64,000 bases of DNA, taken from Callorhinchus milii. Lineage: Eukaryota. The notes below the pieces were generated by a model. It saw nothing but the letters and a program-made list of their open reading frames with translations, did no database searches and had not been told where the DNA came from. Made by a program: the position numbers and the translations under genes. Every line of letters starts with the position of its first letter. Position 1 is the first letter of the stretch. Positions 38,031-51,174 of this stretch are shown one piece after another. Location of the stretch: positions 80,416,001 through 80,480,000 of the forward strand of contig NW_024704742.1 of assembly GCF_018977255.1 (NCBI RefSeq), in the 5' to 3' direction.

Positions 38031-38347
38031 GATAATAATAATAATAATCCTTGCATTTGATATAGCGCTTTTCATGTCTTCTCGACGTCTCAAAGCACTT
38101 CACAAATATAGTGTAAAGTGAATTGACTGTATATTTGTTGGCAAAACGCGGCAGCCAATTGCGCACAGCAGTGTCCCACAAACTGGCATGGATCGAAGTG
38201 ACCGATTTATTATTGGGGTTTTTTCTTGAGGGATTAGTATCAGGCACGTGGAGTAAGGAAACTTGCCCAAGATTTCGTCCTGCCCGGAATCGAACCCCGG
38301 TCTCTCGCTTCCCAGGCGAGTGCTCTAACCACTGAGCTACAGGAGTC
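38031..38347 (-). mobile_element. Full-length tRNA/Deu SINE
   Basis: Head, Deu core and tail present. Confidence 0.92.
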
Positions 38348-38715
38348 CTTGATGTATAAATGCTTGATGTATAAGTTATCATTGTTGTGTTGCAAAAGAT
38401 TGCCACCATCTTTCCTGATAAGAATTAGCCTGCACTCTAATGTCAGCTTCTCTGCTATTTTAAGGCATCCAATGAACCCATCAAATCAAGGCTGTTCTCC
38501 TTTAAACTTTATGGAGTGCATTCCTCCAGATGAGAAAGAAAATTTGCCAATTCACTTCTAATAAATGTCTGCTATTTGGGAGTTCAATAATACCTTGAAA
38601 ATATGAAGATGTTTAGTAGAATTCTGTTTGGATTATTTATTAGATGTATAACTGAGCATTTTGCAGACATAACTTTCATTTGCCGTATTTTATTTTTAAT
38701 TATTTTATTACTCAG

Positions 38716-38900
38716 CATTACGAGAGGATGATCGAGAGACTCTCGTCAGCGAGTGCAAGAACACACTTTGTGTCACCAAAAACTGGTTGTCTGCAGACAC
38801 TAAGGAGGAACGCAATCTCTGGATGCAGAAGCTGAATCGGTTCCTAGTTGATCTTCGTACCTGGCAACCAGATGCCTGCTATAGACCCCAGGTCATTTAA
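38716..38900 (+). pseudogene. ANLN: Anillin C-terminal PH-domain fragment [60 protein letters not shown]; probable 5'-truncated retrocopy, or an orphan terminal exon
   Basis: Manual translation of 38718-38900 closely matches the vertebrate anillin C-terminus as I recall it ([30 protein letters not shown]). TAA stop followed by UTR-like sequence with AATAAA at 38964 and 39272. No other anillin exon recognised in the 38 kb upstream. Confidence 0.85.
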
Positions 38901-39388
38901 GAAGATTGAGTGGCAATATTAGCTTTGTTTAATTGTCATGTGGGTTCTCCTCATATGGATCTAAATAAAATATTATGAGCATTGAACAAGTGCAAATGCT
39001 TGCTGCGCGTTATAAATTTCAGGCAGTGTGCTTGAAAAGCCTGATGTTCAACTGTGTCTGAAAATTTATTTTATATGCAGAAAGCGTATTTATGATGAAG
39101 CAGAAAATCCTTTTTGGAAGCCTTTGTTCACACTAATGTATATTGATTATTTGCAGAAAAAGGGTATTGCACTAGGCATATTGAGTTACAAGAACTCTTT
39201 CACAAGTTAGAAGATGCCACAGATCAGTCAGGGTTGTCTGTTTATTCTTGAAATTAATTAAGAGTTTGGGTAATAAATCTGCAGGTAGAAAGGGTTCAAA
39301 TTATAAACCATTCCCATGTACTGTAGTTTATCATTGTTGTGCTTCAGAGAGGAAGGAAGGATATTTGGATCCATGGTCACAATAATCT

Positions 39389-39708
39389 GAGTCCTGCAGC
39401 TCAGCGGTTAGAGCACTCGCTTTGCAAGTTTTGCGAGTTCAATTCCAGGCAGGGCGAAACCTTGGGCAAGTTTCCTTACTCCACTCGCCTAATAATAATC
39501 CCTCCAAAACCAAAAACAATAATAAATTGGTCATTTTCAATCTACAACTGTTTGTGGGACATTGCTGTGTGCAATTGGCTGCCGCGTTCGCCCACAAATA
39601 TACAGTCAATTCACTTTACAGTGTGTTCTGTGAAGCGCTTTGGGACGTCCTCCTGACGTGAAAAGCGCTATATCAAATGCAAGGATTATTATTATTATTA
39701 TTATTATT
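39389..39708 (+). mobile_element. Full-length tRNA/Deu SINE
   Basis: Head, Deu core and (ATT)n tail. Confidence 0.92.
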
Positions 39709-39855
39709 ACTGCAGGCAAGGATTTTATCTAGAAATGTTGAGTAGAAACTGATAGATAATTGTTTGTGAATTGGTTTTCTGGCATGCGCTGTTCTTCTTC
39801 GTAATGATGTACAATTGGGTCTCATTTGTGGAATCTTCAGTCCGGATTCAATTAG

Positions 39856-40232
39856 TTATTCTCTTTGGTCAGCTGGGTGTCCACACATGCAGAAACACAT
39901 CAACATGCTCAAGAATATCCAAACCAAACTGAGAATTCCATGCATCCCACCTACACATGGAAATACGCATGTTTTGAAATGGAATACTCTCTCCCTGGAG
40001 AGAATCAGCCTGTTTCACATTAATTCCAACAAGTATTAAGGTCAAGTTGGCAAGAGCCAAGACTTGGCGACCCGACAGTGTGTGTGTTGGGAGTATTGCC
40101 TGAATTTAACCAGCTAAAATCAAATAGCTTTCCATTGAAGGCACTGTCTGGCAAGCTTCCCACTGCTTGTCCTAGGACCAACCAACTTGTGAGGGTTTTG
40201 GTTAATGGGAGCTAAGTGGGAAGAATCCCTGT
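39856..40232 (-). repeat. Unclassified repeat, same family as 29400-29975
   Basis: Reverse complement matches 29595-29975. Confidence 0.8.
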
Positions 40233-42499
40233 TCCCAGTTGATTTGTTATCTCTGATGTCTGCTTTTTGGACATCAAAAGTCGTTTTACAATATTCGTGA
40301 AATAGACATTTTTTGAAAACCTGTCAGGCAGCAAAGTCTAAATTAGAATGGCATTTTGTTTATTCATTTTTTGGGGAATTTACTGGCATTTGTAAATTGA
40401 GGTTTGCTGTTTTGTGAATATTACAATTCAATGTTTGCAAACTGGAAGTCACAATTAGCACATCAAATTCAATTTGCGAGCAATAGACTCCAAAAATGAA
40501 TTTTTTTTAGTGAATTAAAATAAATACATACATACATGCATGCATAAATGCATGCATGCGGTATAGCACCTTTTACGTTACCTTAAAATACTTTCCAGGA
40601 TTTAATAAAGTAGATTGACTGTATTTGGGTGAATGCGGCATTCCATTTCAACACAACAATGTCCCACAAATAGCCATGGTGTGAGTGACCAGCTTTATTT
40701 GGGGAATTGTTGGCCAGTTTACCAAGAGAAACTCCTTTCTCTTTTGGAATAGTGCCATGGGATCATTAACCTCTAGTTTAACAGGCAAATGGTTCATGAT
40801 TAATGTCTCATCTGGAAGACGGCATGTCCAACAATATCACCCCTCACCCCTGCACTGGAGCGTTAGCCTAGATTATGAATTTGAAGTCCTAATGTGTGAC
40901 TTGAACCCACCACCGAAGGGAGAGTGCAACCAACAAAAACTTGCATTTATATAGCTATCTTCATGTGGATCAGGGTCTCGAGTGAACCAACAGCATCTGA
41001 AGCACACTGATCCCCTATTTGTTGAGATGAGATCAAAATGGGTTTGCAGTAAAAGTACTTTAAATCCTAGTGATTATCTAGTGATCTCTGTTATAGGGGT
41101 GTGTGTTTGGACATTTGGTGAGTGCTATAAGATAACAGTTGAGCTGTGATGCTCCTATGCTCAAATAGACTGCCAATGATTGCTATTAAGACAACCACAT
41201 GATTGATGGCCCCTTTAATGGAGAAACCAAAGCTGACCGGTATTTACAGATGGAATTGTACCCTTATAAAAAGAAAAAGTCACATTATCAGGAGAGAAGG
41301 GGATATGATTGGAAGTTTTGTGAAGTGACTCTGGATAGTCCTTCTTCAGTTACTGGTGACCTAAGATCCCTTCGCAGTACTCGATAAGAGATAGGAGTTT
41401 CTCCCGGTGTACTGTCCAACAATCTTCCAGTAAATTGATCATTCATGTCATGGCTGTTTGTAAGATATTATTGTACATAAATTGGATGCTGCATGTACCT
41501 ATAATTACACAGCCTCTGTACTTGACAGCAATTCCTTGTGAAGTTCTTGAGACAATTTGATGTTGTAGCAATTTGATGCTGTAGCAAATAGAAAGTAGAA
41601 AAATGTCCTGTTTCCTAGCACTGCCATCCCTCATTTTGATGAGCAAAATAAACCTTTATTTAGGACGGGCTTCTTTTAACAAAAGAGTACATTTTTAAAC
41701 ATAAGTAAGTAAAAACACAGATCACCTTACTTCCCTTACTTAAATTTTTCACCAACAAAAATATAGTCATCCACTTGAAAGATACTGTCTAATGCAAGAA
41801 TTATTATTGTTAAAAACGAATTGCATACATTTACAATTCGGTTGCCTCTCCACCTTCAACTTGTCTTATTTGAGCTGGGAGGATGCATTAAACAGATTAG
41901 GGGAAGTAAGGTGGGTTTGTGGGTTCACTCGTTATTTTCAAATACATTATCTTCAATCCTCACAACGTCTGGGAATGTGATATCCTTCAAAGTTTTTAAG
42001 ATTGAAGCTCATGCACTTGCCTTGAAGAATCCCCTAAAATGATTGTCAACATGAAAGATTTCTGAAATGAAAATAGGAACATGTGATGTGACAATTATCA
42101 CGTCACATTATTCACCCCTCTGGTTTCAAATATTTGCTGAAAAACTTTGAACCCAAATTGCTTTGTAAAAGTATTTTAAGGATAGCATGTTAGCAAAAAA
42201 AAACAAATGATTTATGCAGCAGCTGGGATTCTTTATAATGAGAACTCTTGTTGCATTGTGTGCTCTTGTGAATAATTACAACATTTCTTATACTAGGCAG
42301 AATGAAGAGCCTTTGAAAAGTTGCGTGGGGTGATGCAGAGAATAGGATAGGTGGGGGAAAAGGTATGAAGTGTCAGGTGTAGCTTTGTCACAGCCATAAA
42401 GCAGTACAGATCAAAGCAGTGAAAATTGCAACTTGTGATGTGTTAAAAGTATTTACCACACTGACGAAAAAGGCAGCCAGCTGACAATTTCTTCAGTTT

Positions 42500-43140
42500 T
42501 CAGTCTGGCTCAGTTGGAGCACTTTTGCCTCTGAGTCAGGAGGTTGTGGGTTCAAGCCCCATGTCAGGATTTGGAAGTATCTAGGTCAGGGTTCACCAAA
42601 CTGATTGACTTCTTGTAGCATCCAGAAATGGCCCACCAGACAGCTGCACCAGTCCAGGCAAATCTGCGCTAAATCAATCCCTTGTTTCTAGTAGCTACCG
42701 AGCCATGACACCCACGGCACGGACATCAATGAAGAAAAATTCAATAACAAAAAATATATTTGGTTAGCTGACCAAAAAGGTTGCCTCTCACTATTCTTGG
42801 GATAACACTTCATTGCAGTACCGGAAAGTGTTGAATTATTGACCGTTCTTCAGATGAGACATTAAATTGAAGGATCATCTGCCTGTTCAGTGGGTGTTAA
42901 AGATCCCATGCCGCAATTCGAAAAGAAAAGGGAATTTCTGCTGGTGCTCTGGCCAACTAATCCCCAAATAAATTTGGTCACTCACTTCATGGCTACATGA
43001 CATTGATGTGTGCAAAATGCCACATTCGCCCACAAAATAAACAATCGAAAGAATCCAAACAATCCTCCATTAAAATCCTGTGAAATGCTATGAGAATTCC
43101 TCACAGCCTTAAAGACGCTGTGTCAAATACAAACATTATT
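42500..43140 (+). mobile_element. Old SacSINE1-like SINE interrupted by a ~205 bp insert at 42587-42792
   Basis: Head cagtctggctcagttggagcac and ggttgtgggttcaagccc; the body resumes after the insert. Confidence 0.7.
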
Positions 43141-44067
43141 ATCATGTATTGCTATAACTGTGGAAAAATAAATGCTCCTAATCTCCCCTTTGCTAATTAT
43201 CTTAAATTGATACCCTCTGGTCACTGACTCCGCAATCGGGAAAGCATGATGAGTTATTTATATGACGAGAAATGGTTAATATATTGAAGGTCTTGGAAGA
43301 TATTAAGAGGGTAAAAACAAAATATGTGAAGCAATTATAATAATATGGAGAGCAAAGCTCTGAGCAGCGTTGCTCGTAAGAAAGGATCTGTCTGTAATTA
43401 ACACAGATAAGCTAATCACAGGCAGGAGCACTGAGTCAATTTGGGTTGGAGCTGTTACGCCAAAATAACTATACTAAAATTGGAAATGGTTGTCGACCAT
43501 GAGGTTGATTTGATGTGGTATGAAGTGATGTGGAATGATTGAGATAGATCTGAAAATCATTGGAGAAAGGGAAGGGTGAATTCAATCACTGAGATTCTCC
43601 AAGGGATACACCAGCAGAGCTCTGAAGATTGCTCATGATTGTGTAAAATTCTTAAATTCAGTCTTATTTTGGAAGTCAGCTTTTTGTAGTCATTAAATTT
43701 TAAAGCAGGCTAAGACAAGGTGACATTTTGGGCCTGAGTTCAACAGAGTGCTTGGAATGCAGACAATGCCACAAAAGGTCCAGGGGGAAGAGATTGCATT
43801 TCATTTAGCAGCAATTCTGACATTGGAGCATGGGGAGCAATTTATCACTGTGTAATTAAATTTGACTTTGTAACATTGCCTACAGCAAGAGATAATGATA
43901 CTGTTGGAGATTTTAGCAGCAGTGATCTTGAGGTGAGGGTGCACTTGGAGAGATAAATTAGGAAATAAATTGGAGATACATTTATCATCAAACAAAAGTT
44001 GAATTACCTTCAGAATATAGTTAAGACAAAACATAATCTACAAAAAGGCAGGTAATGTCCAACAAAT

Positions 44068-44420
44068 ATAATAATAATACTTGCATTTGATATAGCACCG
44101 TATCACATCTTCGTGACTTTTCAAAACGCTTCATAGAATATACTGTTAAGTGAATTGACTGTATATTTTGTGGGCGAAATGAGGTAGCCAATCGTGCACA
44201 GCAGTGTCTCACAAACAGTTACGGATTGAAGTGACCAATTTATTATTAGTATTTTTTTAAGGAATTATTCCCCCGGAAGAGCGATCCGCCAATCGACTAA
44301 CAACTGGGATCCTACTTGTTGCTAGGTAAACAGAGGTGAGTGGAGTAAAGAAACTTGCCCAATATTTCAGCCTGCTTGGAATTGAACCCAGATCTTGCAC
44401 TTGCGAGGCGAGTGCTCTAA
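44068..44420 (-). mobile_element. tRNA/Deu SINE, long variant
   Basis: Contains the extra internal segment at ~44260-44340. Confidence 0.88.
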
Positions 44421-44855
44421 CAACTGAGTTACAGGACTCCATATAACAGAAATATCTGCGGGCTCTTTGACAAGATAATAGATATTTTATATCTTAGAAT
44501 TTCAGATTCTGGCATTATATTGGAAAAGTTCAATAATGCATTGCAGGTGTTGATTAACACAGCTTGGGCACGGATTTCTGGGAACCAAACATTGAAAGGG
44601 TTAGTGTCAATTTGCATTTACTATTTATGCCTGTTCAGGAGAACTCAAATATTCTGGCAGAGGCATACATTTCCCCAAGAAACTTCCAGGAATTAGGAAT
44701 CAGCATATCCAAACACAGCCTGGTATGACAGGGTCCTGTTATTGATTAGTTCATGAGATGTTTGGGGAGTAAGTCAGGCGGAAACCCACCACACTCAACA
44801 ACTTGTGTTTATATAGTGCCCTTCACATGGGGTAAAATCCCAGAGCACTGGAAGC

Positions 44856-44888
<33 letters not shown>

Positions 44889-45201
44889 TATAATAATCCT
44901 TGTATTTGATATAGCGCTTTTCACGTCGGGAGGACGTCCCAAAGCGCTTCACAGAACACACTGTAAAGTGAATTCACTGTATATTTGTGGGCGAACGCGG
45001 CAGCCAATTGCGCACAACAATGTCCCACAAACAGTCATATGGATTGAAAATGACCAATTTATTATTGTTTTTGGTTTTGGAGGGATTATTATTAGGTGTG
45101 TGGAGTAAGGAAACTTGCCCAAGGTTTCGTCCTCTACCTGGAATTGAACTCAGGTCTCTCACTTGCAAAGCGAGTGCGCTAACCACTAAGCTACAGGACT
45201 C
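44856..45201 (-). mobile_element. Full-length tRNA/Deu SINE
   Basis: Head, core and long (ATT)n tail. Confidence 0.92.
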
Positions 45202-45204
45202 CAC

Positions 45205-45540
45205 GAGCATGTGGAGCATCATTATGTTTAAGAATATCCAAATCAGACTGAGGGTTTCACATATGTTTGCCAACTATACGTGGAATTACCCCTATGGAGT
45301 GGAATGTGCACTCTTTCTCAGAGGGTTGAACCCTGGTTAAATAATTCCAGAGAATATTAGGCACAGAGACAGGGCTTCAGAAATTCAGTTGGGTGCTACT
45401 GGAGTTTAACCAGCTAATATCACATAGCTTGCCATTGAGACCACTGCCTGACTGTTTCTCCAGCTATTTAGAACCACTTACCTGTAATGCTTTGGGCCTG
45501 CAGTGTTAAAAGAGCTGAGTGGGAAGAATATCTGGTCTCA
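45205..45540 (-). repeat. Unclassified repeat, same family as 29400-29975
   Basis: aagaatatccaaatcagactgag and gagtttaaccagctaatatcacatagcttgccattga match 39910-40140. Confidence 0.7.
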
Positions 45541-46006
45541 GTTAGAGTTAATGAGCTCCCAGCACCTAGCAACCACAGAATAGGGATGAGCTGCTCAAGC
45601 TTGGAGCACATTATTAAACCCAACCACTGACTGTATTTTGTAGGCAGGTGTGGCAACCCACATGTTACAAAAGAGCCATGGAGTGAGTGACCAATTTTAT
45701 CTGAAAGATTGTGGTCCAGAAAGCCGGGAGTAACTCTTTTTTCAAGTAATGCCATGGGATCTTTAACATTCGCCTGAGTAGGCAGATGGGACCTTGGTTT
45801 AATGTAGCACAATCACAGTGCAGAGTTGAGCAGCCAGCCTGAATTATGTGATATCAAAGTCCCAAAATGGGGCTTGCACTTCAAGCTTCTACCTCAGAGG
45901 CAGGAATGCTAGCAACTGAGCCAGGCTGACACAGTGTAGATAGTTAGAGCTTGCAAGTATAAATATTGCATCAAGTATTTATCAAAGTCTCCTCAGAATT
46001 CATATA

Positions 46007-46665
46007 CAGCAACAACAAAATTACATTTGTATGGCGCCTTTCACATCAGGAAAATGTCCCAAAGTGCTGGACAATCAGTGTTTCGGAACCGAGCTGGGGG
46101 TTGGGATCGGAGAGGTTGGAGAGCAGAGGGAAGGAGGGTGACCAAAGACACGGTCGAAGAGGAGGGTCTTGAGACGGATCTTGACTGAGGCAAAGGAGGG
46201 GTCATGGCGGAGGGACTATGGGATGGAGTTCCAGAGAGTAAGGGCAGAGTGGCTAAAGGCCCAATGGTGGGGCGGGCGAGGCGGGAGACATGAAGCCAGC
46301 ATGAGCCTGCTGAGCGGGGAGAGCGGGCAGGTTGTTAGGGGTTAGGAGGTCACAGAGATAGGGAGGTGCAAGGCTATGGAGAGCTTTGATGGTGAGGATC
46401 AGGATCTTGAACTGTATCCTCTGTGTAATGGGAATCCAGTGAAGTTGGGCAAGGATGGGGCTTATATGGGCATGGAGCCTGGTGCAGGAGAGGACACGGG
46501 CTGCAGAGTTCTGGATGATCTGCAGCCTATGGAGGGAGGAGTTGGGGAAGCCAACAAGCAAAGGGTTTGCATTGTCAATCCTGGATATTATGAATGTGTG
46601 TATGAGGTAGCCTGGGGTGGGAGACAGTGGCAGACCCGGGCAATGTTACGGAGGTGGGGGATGGT
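46007..46665 (-). mobile_element. L2 LINE 3' fragment
   Basis: [15 protein letters not shown] translation and L2 tail. Confidence 0.9.
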
Positions 46666-47192
46666 AGAGCGATTCTGGGGGTTGAAAATCAGCAAATGTG
46701 AAGTGGCTTCTATGAGGAAAGTAGGCACTGGCCAAATTATCATAGTGGCTATGACAGGGTAGGGCCTCGGCACTGTGATCGCAATGTAGCCATTAGCAAC
46801 CAATGAAAATCATCACTTGCTAATTATTGTTTTTCCTACCTGAATCAAAAAGGCCACTGCATCTATAAGACATGATAAAGCGTTATATCAAATGCAAGGA
46901 TTATTATTATGTTACAAATATGAAAATACTCTGGTCAATAGCTTGGTTCCAAAGTATTACTGCCTACATTGCAAAGGCTTCTGGATTCAGTGGGAGTAAA
47001 GGTAGGAGTGAAAAATATCTGATAAGAGGAGCTTACGTGCAAGAGACATATATTTGTGTCTGAAAACAGCAAAAACTGAAATCAAAGAATGTTTCACTTA
47101 AAATAATAGGTTCTCCATCGGATCTACTGCACAATTTGCCTTGATGGTTCAAAGAACCATCAAGCCTGTAGCTTGTTAACATCAAAACTTAC

Positions 47193-47224
47193 TTGCCGTA
47201 TGTTCGCATTGGTGTTAGAAGCCT
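47193..47224 (-). CDS. Short exon of unidentified gene, 32 nt: RLLTPMRTYG(K) or (E)ASNTNANIRQ depending on phase
   Basis: Strong acceptor aattctgccttttcag and consensus donor gtaagt. Confidence 0.6.
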
Positions 47225-48309
47225 CTGAAAAGGCAGAATTTAAATGAAAAATATAATACTGCTCTGAATCCCATCTTTTAGTGAGGAACAACTACAGAAT
47301 GTTATTCTGACAATGTAGTAATGTTTAAGACAGAAAAAAGATATGAGGGATTTCACCTTGATCTTTAGCTGGTGTATCTCTAATTTGCGATTCAAATTAT
47401 ATTATTAACACTCTAAATGTTAAGATGAAATTTAGGGTCCTTTAAGCATTATCAAATGCTGCATATTTTACCTCTCAACAATAACAACAACAAGATTCCA
47501 TTTATAGAGCGCCTTTCACGTTGGGAGGACGTCCCAAGGCGCTGTACAGTTGGGTCAGACTTAACATGAGACTTAAATTCAAACAGCAAATTAAATCATA
47601 AAATTGATCAGACAATAAGCAAAAATGCAGTTACTTTGGGGAAGCAACTAATTGGATACTCCTCTCAAATCTGCCCTGGAACATAATATGTTGCTTCCCC
47701 AAAGTAATATAATATCTCATATTATCTCATCTCTTATACTGAATACAGGCTGCATGTTTAAAGGTAACCCAGAATTGTCTGGAGTGGAGGAATAGTATGC
47801 AATTATCACTTGCTGTGGAGGAATAGCATTTAAAGAGACAGATGTTGAACAAATGGACAGCTGTCATGTGCTTGTTTACTAAATGTTGACAACATTGTCA
47901 CATCATATGAAACAAAACCCAAGCAACTGCCAGGGAGATTAGAACCAGCAAGAGCTAATGTGGCCTGTGGGGGAAAAAAAAACCATGGGCAACCTTTTGA
48001 CAGTAATGGTAATACAGTCAGTTACCATTCAAGCATAGGGAGGGTGGTTTCTGTGAATCTGTCATAAATAACTTCCAGCAGTATGTATGTCAAGATACCT
48101 AATAAGAAGCTGAAACATTGGAAAGAAGGGCATGTGGATGTACATTTATACAAACAAAAAGGTTAAGAAAAATCCAAGCTTGCTCAAACTTCAAATGATT
48201 GTTGGAAAATACTCAATGACCTGAAATGATGTGCTATTAAGTAAAAATGTAACTTGGTCAGAGGAAAATGAACATGACGTCTTGTATGTTTGCATCAATC
48301 TCTCCCTGT

Positions 48310-48700
48310 GTCAGCCTGGCTCACTTTGTAGCACTCTCACTTCTGAGTCAGAAGATTAGGGTTCAAGCCCTATGTTGGGACTTGAACTCACATCATCTAC
48401 GCAGTGCTGGGGGTGTTCTACATTGTCAGAGGTGCCGTCCTTTGGATTAGACATTAAATCAAGGTCCTGTCTCCCTGTTCAGATGGAATTTAAAGATGCC
48501 ATAGCTCTATTCTAAAAGAGAAGGAAGTTTCTCCAAATAAAATTGGTATTCACTTCATGGATGTTTGTAGAACCTTGTAGTGCAAATTGGCTTCTGTGTT
48601 TTCCCACAAAGTACACAGTCACTCTGCTTGAAGTATATTCTGTAAAGAGCTTTGACACTTCCTCTTGATTTGAAAGGATCTACATCAAATATAAAGATAA
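48310..48700 (+). mobile_element. Old SacSINE1-like Deu SINE
   Basis: gtcagcctggctcac, ctgagtcagaagattagggttcaagccc, tgcaaattggct, tail. Confidence 0.75.
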
Positions 48701-49399
48701 ATATTTGTGTTTTATATAGAGCAGTAAATGCAATAGTTAGGAAAGTACTTTAAAGAAATGTAGAAATCCAGAAATTTTCTTTATATTGTTGTAAATCTAA
48801 TTAGTCCAATTTCTTCTGTGGCTATGTGTAGTTGAATTGGTGGAATGTGTGTAGAACAAATGTCATCTTAGCTCCATTTCCTAATGTTTTCATCCCTGGG
48901 TCAAAAGGTTTGTGGGTTGGTGTTAAGGCAAGGTCTGAGGCTGGTTGCTGTTGCAGTGAATGTCAAAGAGTTACCAGGACTGGCCAACTCTTATGAGAAA
49001 TGTTATAAAAGTTTTATTATTATTTTTTAACCCAGTTTGGCTGTCACAATCAAATTAATGGCAGGCATTATGTGTGTGTGTAAAGTAAGTACAATTGCCT
49101 GGAAAAAGCAAAAACTCTTATCTCACACGAAATGAGCACTAAATAGAAAGGATGGAATGACCGTTCTAATTAACGGCACAATCTTTGAAATGCCAGAAAT
49201 ACTATTAAAAACATATTGAAATGTTGGACCTTGGGACTCATTATTTATTTAGTACTTATTTTCTTCCCCATATTCATGAAGACTTTGTATAGTAAGCAGC
49301 AAAGAGAAGAAAGATCTATTTCGTGATCATAACACGACCACACCATACCACTTATACCATACCAGAATGCAGAGATTCTGAATGATAATTTGGTTAAGA

Positions 49400-49500
49400 T
49401 TTGAAATCTGTAATCTGACCCTGAAATTCATATTTTCTGACTCTGAAATTCACATCTACTGAATCTGAAATTTGTATCTTCTCAATCTGAAATGAAATCC
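49400..49500. repeat. Degenerate ~21-bp minisatellite with ctgaaat core
   Basis: ctgaaat recurs about 4-5 times at 21-22 nt spacing. Confidence 0.6.
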
Positions 49501-49967
49501 AAATTTTCCTAGACATTATCCTGTGTGAAAGGTGCTATATAAATGTGAGTTGTTGTTGGGACTGAAGCGTTTGTTCTTTAAAAGAGCCAACACAGGCATG
49601 ATGGGCCAAATGGCTTTCTTCTAGGCTGTAAATTTCTATGATTCTAAAAGTGACAAGTCAAAAGAGATTACAGAAAACAATGTTCTTGGAATTGTGCAAC
49701 ATGAATATAAATAATATAGGAAAAAACACAGCAGCCATTAGAGGGCAGCAGTGATCTCCACTGTAACAAAAGACATGATAGCTAACCCTCAATAGCTGAA
49801 AGGTTAGTGAGACTCTTCATAAAACATCATATAAATTAGAAAGGCCATATTTATTGGATTTAAACCACTATAAAAATCAAACATTTAGGCATCATGTTGC
49901 AGTGGAAATTGGATTTATCATTCCCACATATGCTGTAAGATCACACTGGGCCACCAGAGCTGCTCAC

Positions 49968-50035
49968 ATCCAGACTGGACCCACATGGGTCCATTAGACC
50001 ATGGAAGAGGTAGGTTGTACACATTTCACAAAATG
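49968..50035 (-). CDS. Candidate exon FCEMCTTYLFHGLMDPCGSSLD, phase 1 to 0
   Basis: Long pyrimidine tract ending gatctcag, donor GAT|gtgagc; only one frame is open and it fits 47193-47224 in phase 0. Confidence 0.55.
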
Positions 50036-50851
50036 CTGAGATCATCAAATAAACAGTATAGAAAGGAAAAGACAGATCACTTGATTTAGAACTTGTTATA
50101 GGGTGGGCAACACTTTGAGAGTATAGAGGCCAGGACACTGGATTTATTTAAAAAACAGCTCGATGTTATAATTGGAAGATGAAAAGGTGAGAATTCTGGA
50201 AGGATAAAACTAAATGGATCAAAGAGCTTTCATAATCAATAACTTCTTCGTCCATATCTCTCTTATGCTGTATTATGAACTGTTCTAAAATCTCATCCTT
50301 CTAATCGAGCCTTAAACACTTACTGATAAAAGTGCACAAAATCCATTCCCCTAAATTCAAATCATTTGCATACTTAATGAACTTTTTCAAGCATATTTCC
50401 TCAACATATTTAAAGCAAGTCCACATTCTCTTACAAAATGGTTATATAGTACTGCACTTCTTGAGGCATTTTAAAACTGTTTCAGTTTTGCAGAGATAAA
50501 ATGCACACTGTAACTATAATTGAAGTGCTCTCAACTTAGGATGTGACTGAGGTGTAAGACTGGTTGAACCAATGCAATTGAGAATGGGGACTATTTTGCA
50601 ATATTGACAAGAGCAATGGACCATTGTTTTGGCAGATATTACAAGCTAAATGACACAACAAAATAATAATAATCTTTGCATCTGATCTAGCCCCTTATCA
50701 TTTTATTGAGAGTCTCAAAGCATTTTATGGGATATACTGTAAAGTGTGCATGTGTGTGTATATTTTGAGGGCAAACGTGGCAACCAAGCTTCACGCAGCA
50801 ATGTCTTGTAAACAGCCATGGAGTGAGTGACTAATATTATTTGTTGGGTTG

Positions 50852-51174
50852 TAATAATAATAATAATAATCTTTGCATTTGATATAGCGCTTTTCACGTC
50901 TTCTAGACGTCCCAAAGCGCGTCACAGAATTTACTGTAAAGTGAATTGACTGTATATTTGTGGGGGAACGCGGCAGCCAATTGCGCACAGCAATGTCCCA
51001 CAAACAGTCATGGATTGAAAATGACCAATTTATTATTGCTTTTTGCTTTTTTCGGAGGGATTACTATTAGGCGTGTGGAGTAAGGAAACTTGCCCAAGGT
51101 TTCGCCCTGCCTGGAATTGAACTGAGGTCTCTCACTTGCAAAGCGAGTGCTCTGACCACTGAGCTACAGGACTC
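50852..51174 (-). mobile_element. Young tRNA/Deu SINE nested inside an older Deu SINE (~50660-51320)
   Basis: Complete SINE splitting the older element; tgtaa occurs on both flanks. Confidence 0.88.

Noticed and set aside
42460..42490. ctgacgaaaa as another hammerhead
   Set aside because: No stem II and no GAAA/UH downstream.
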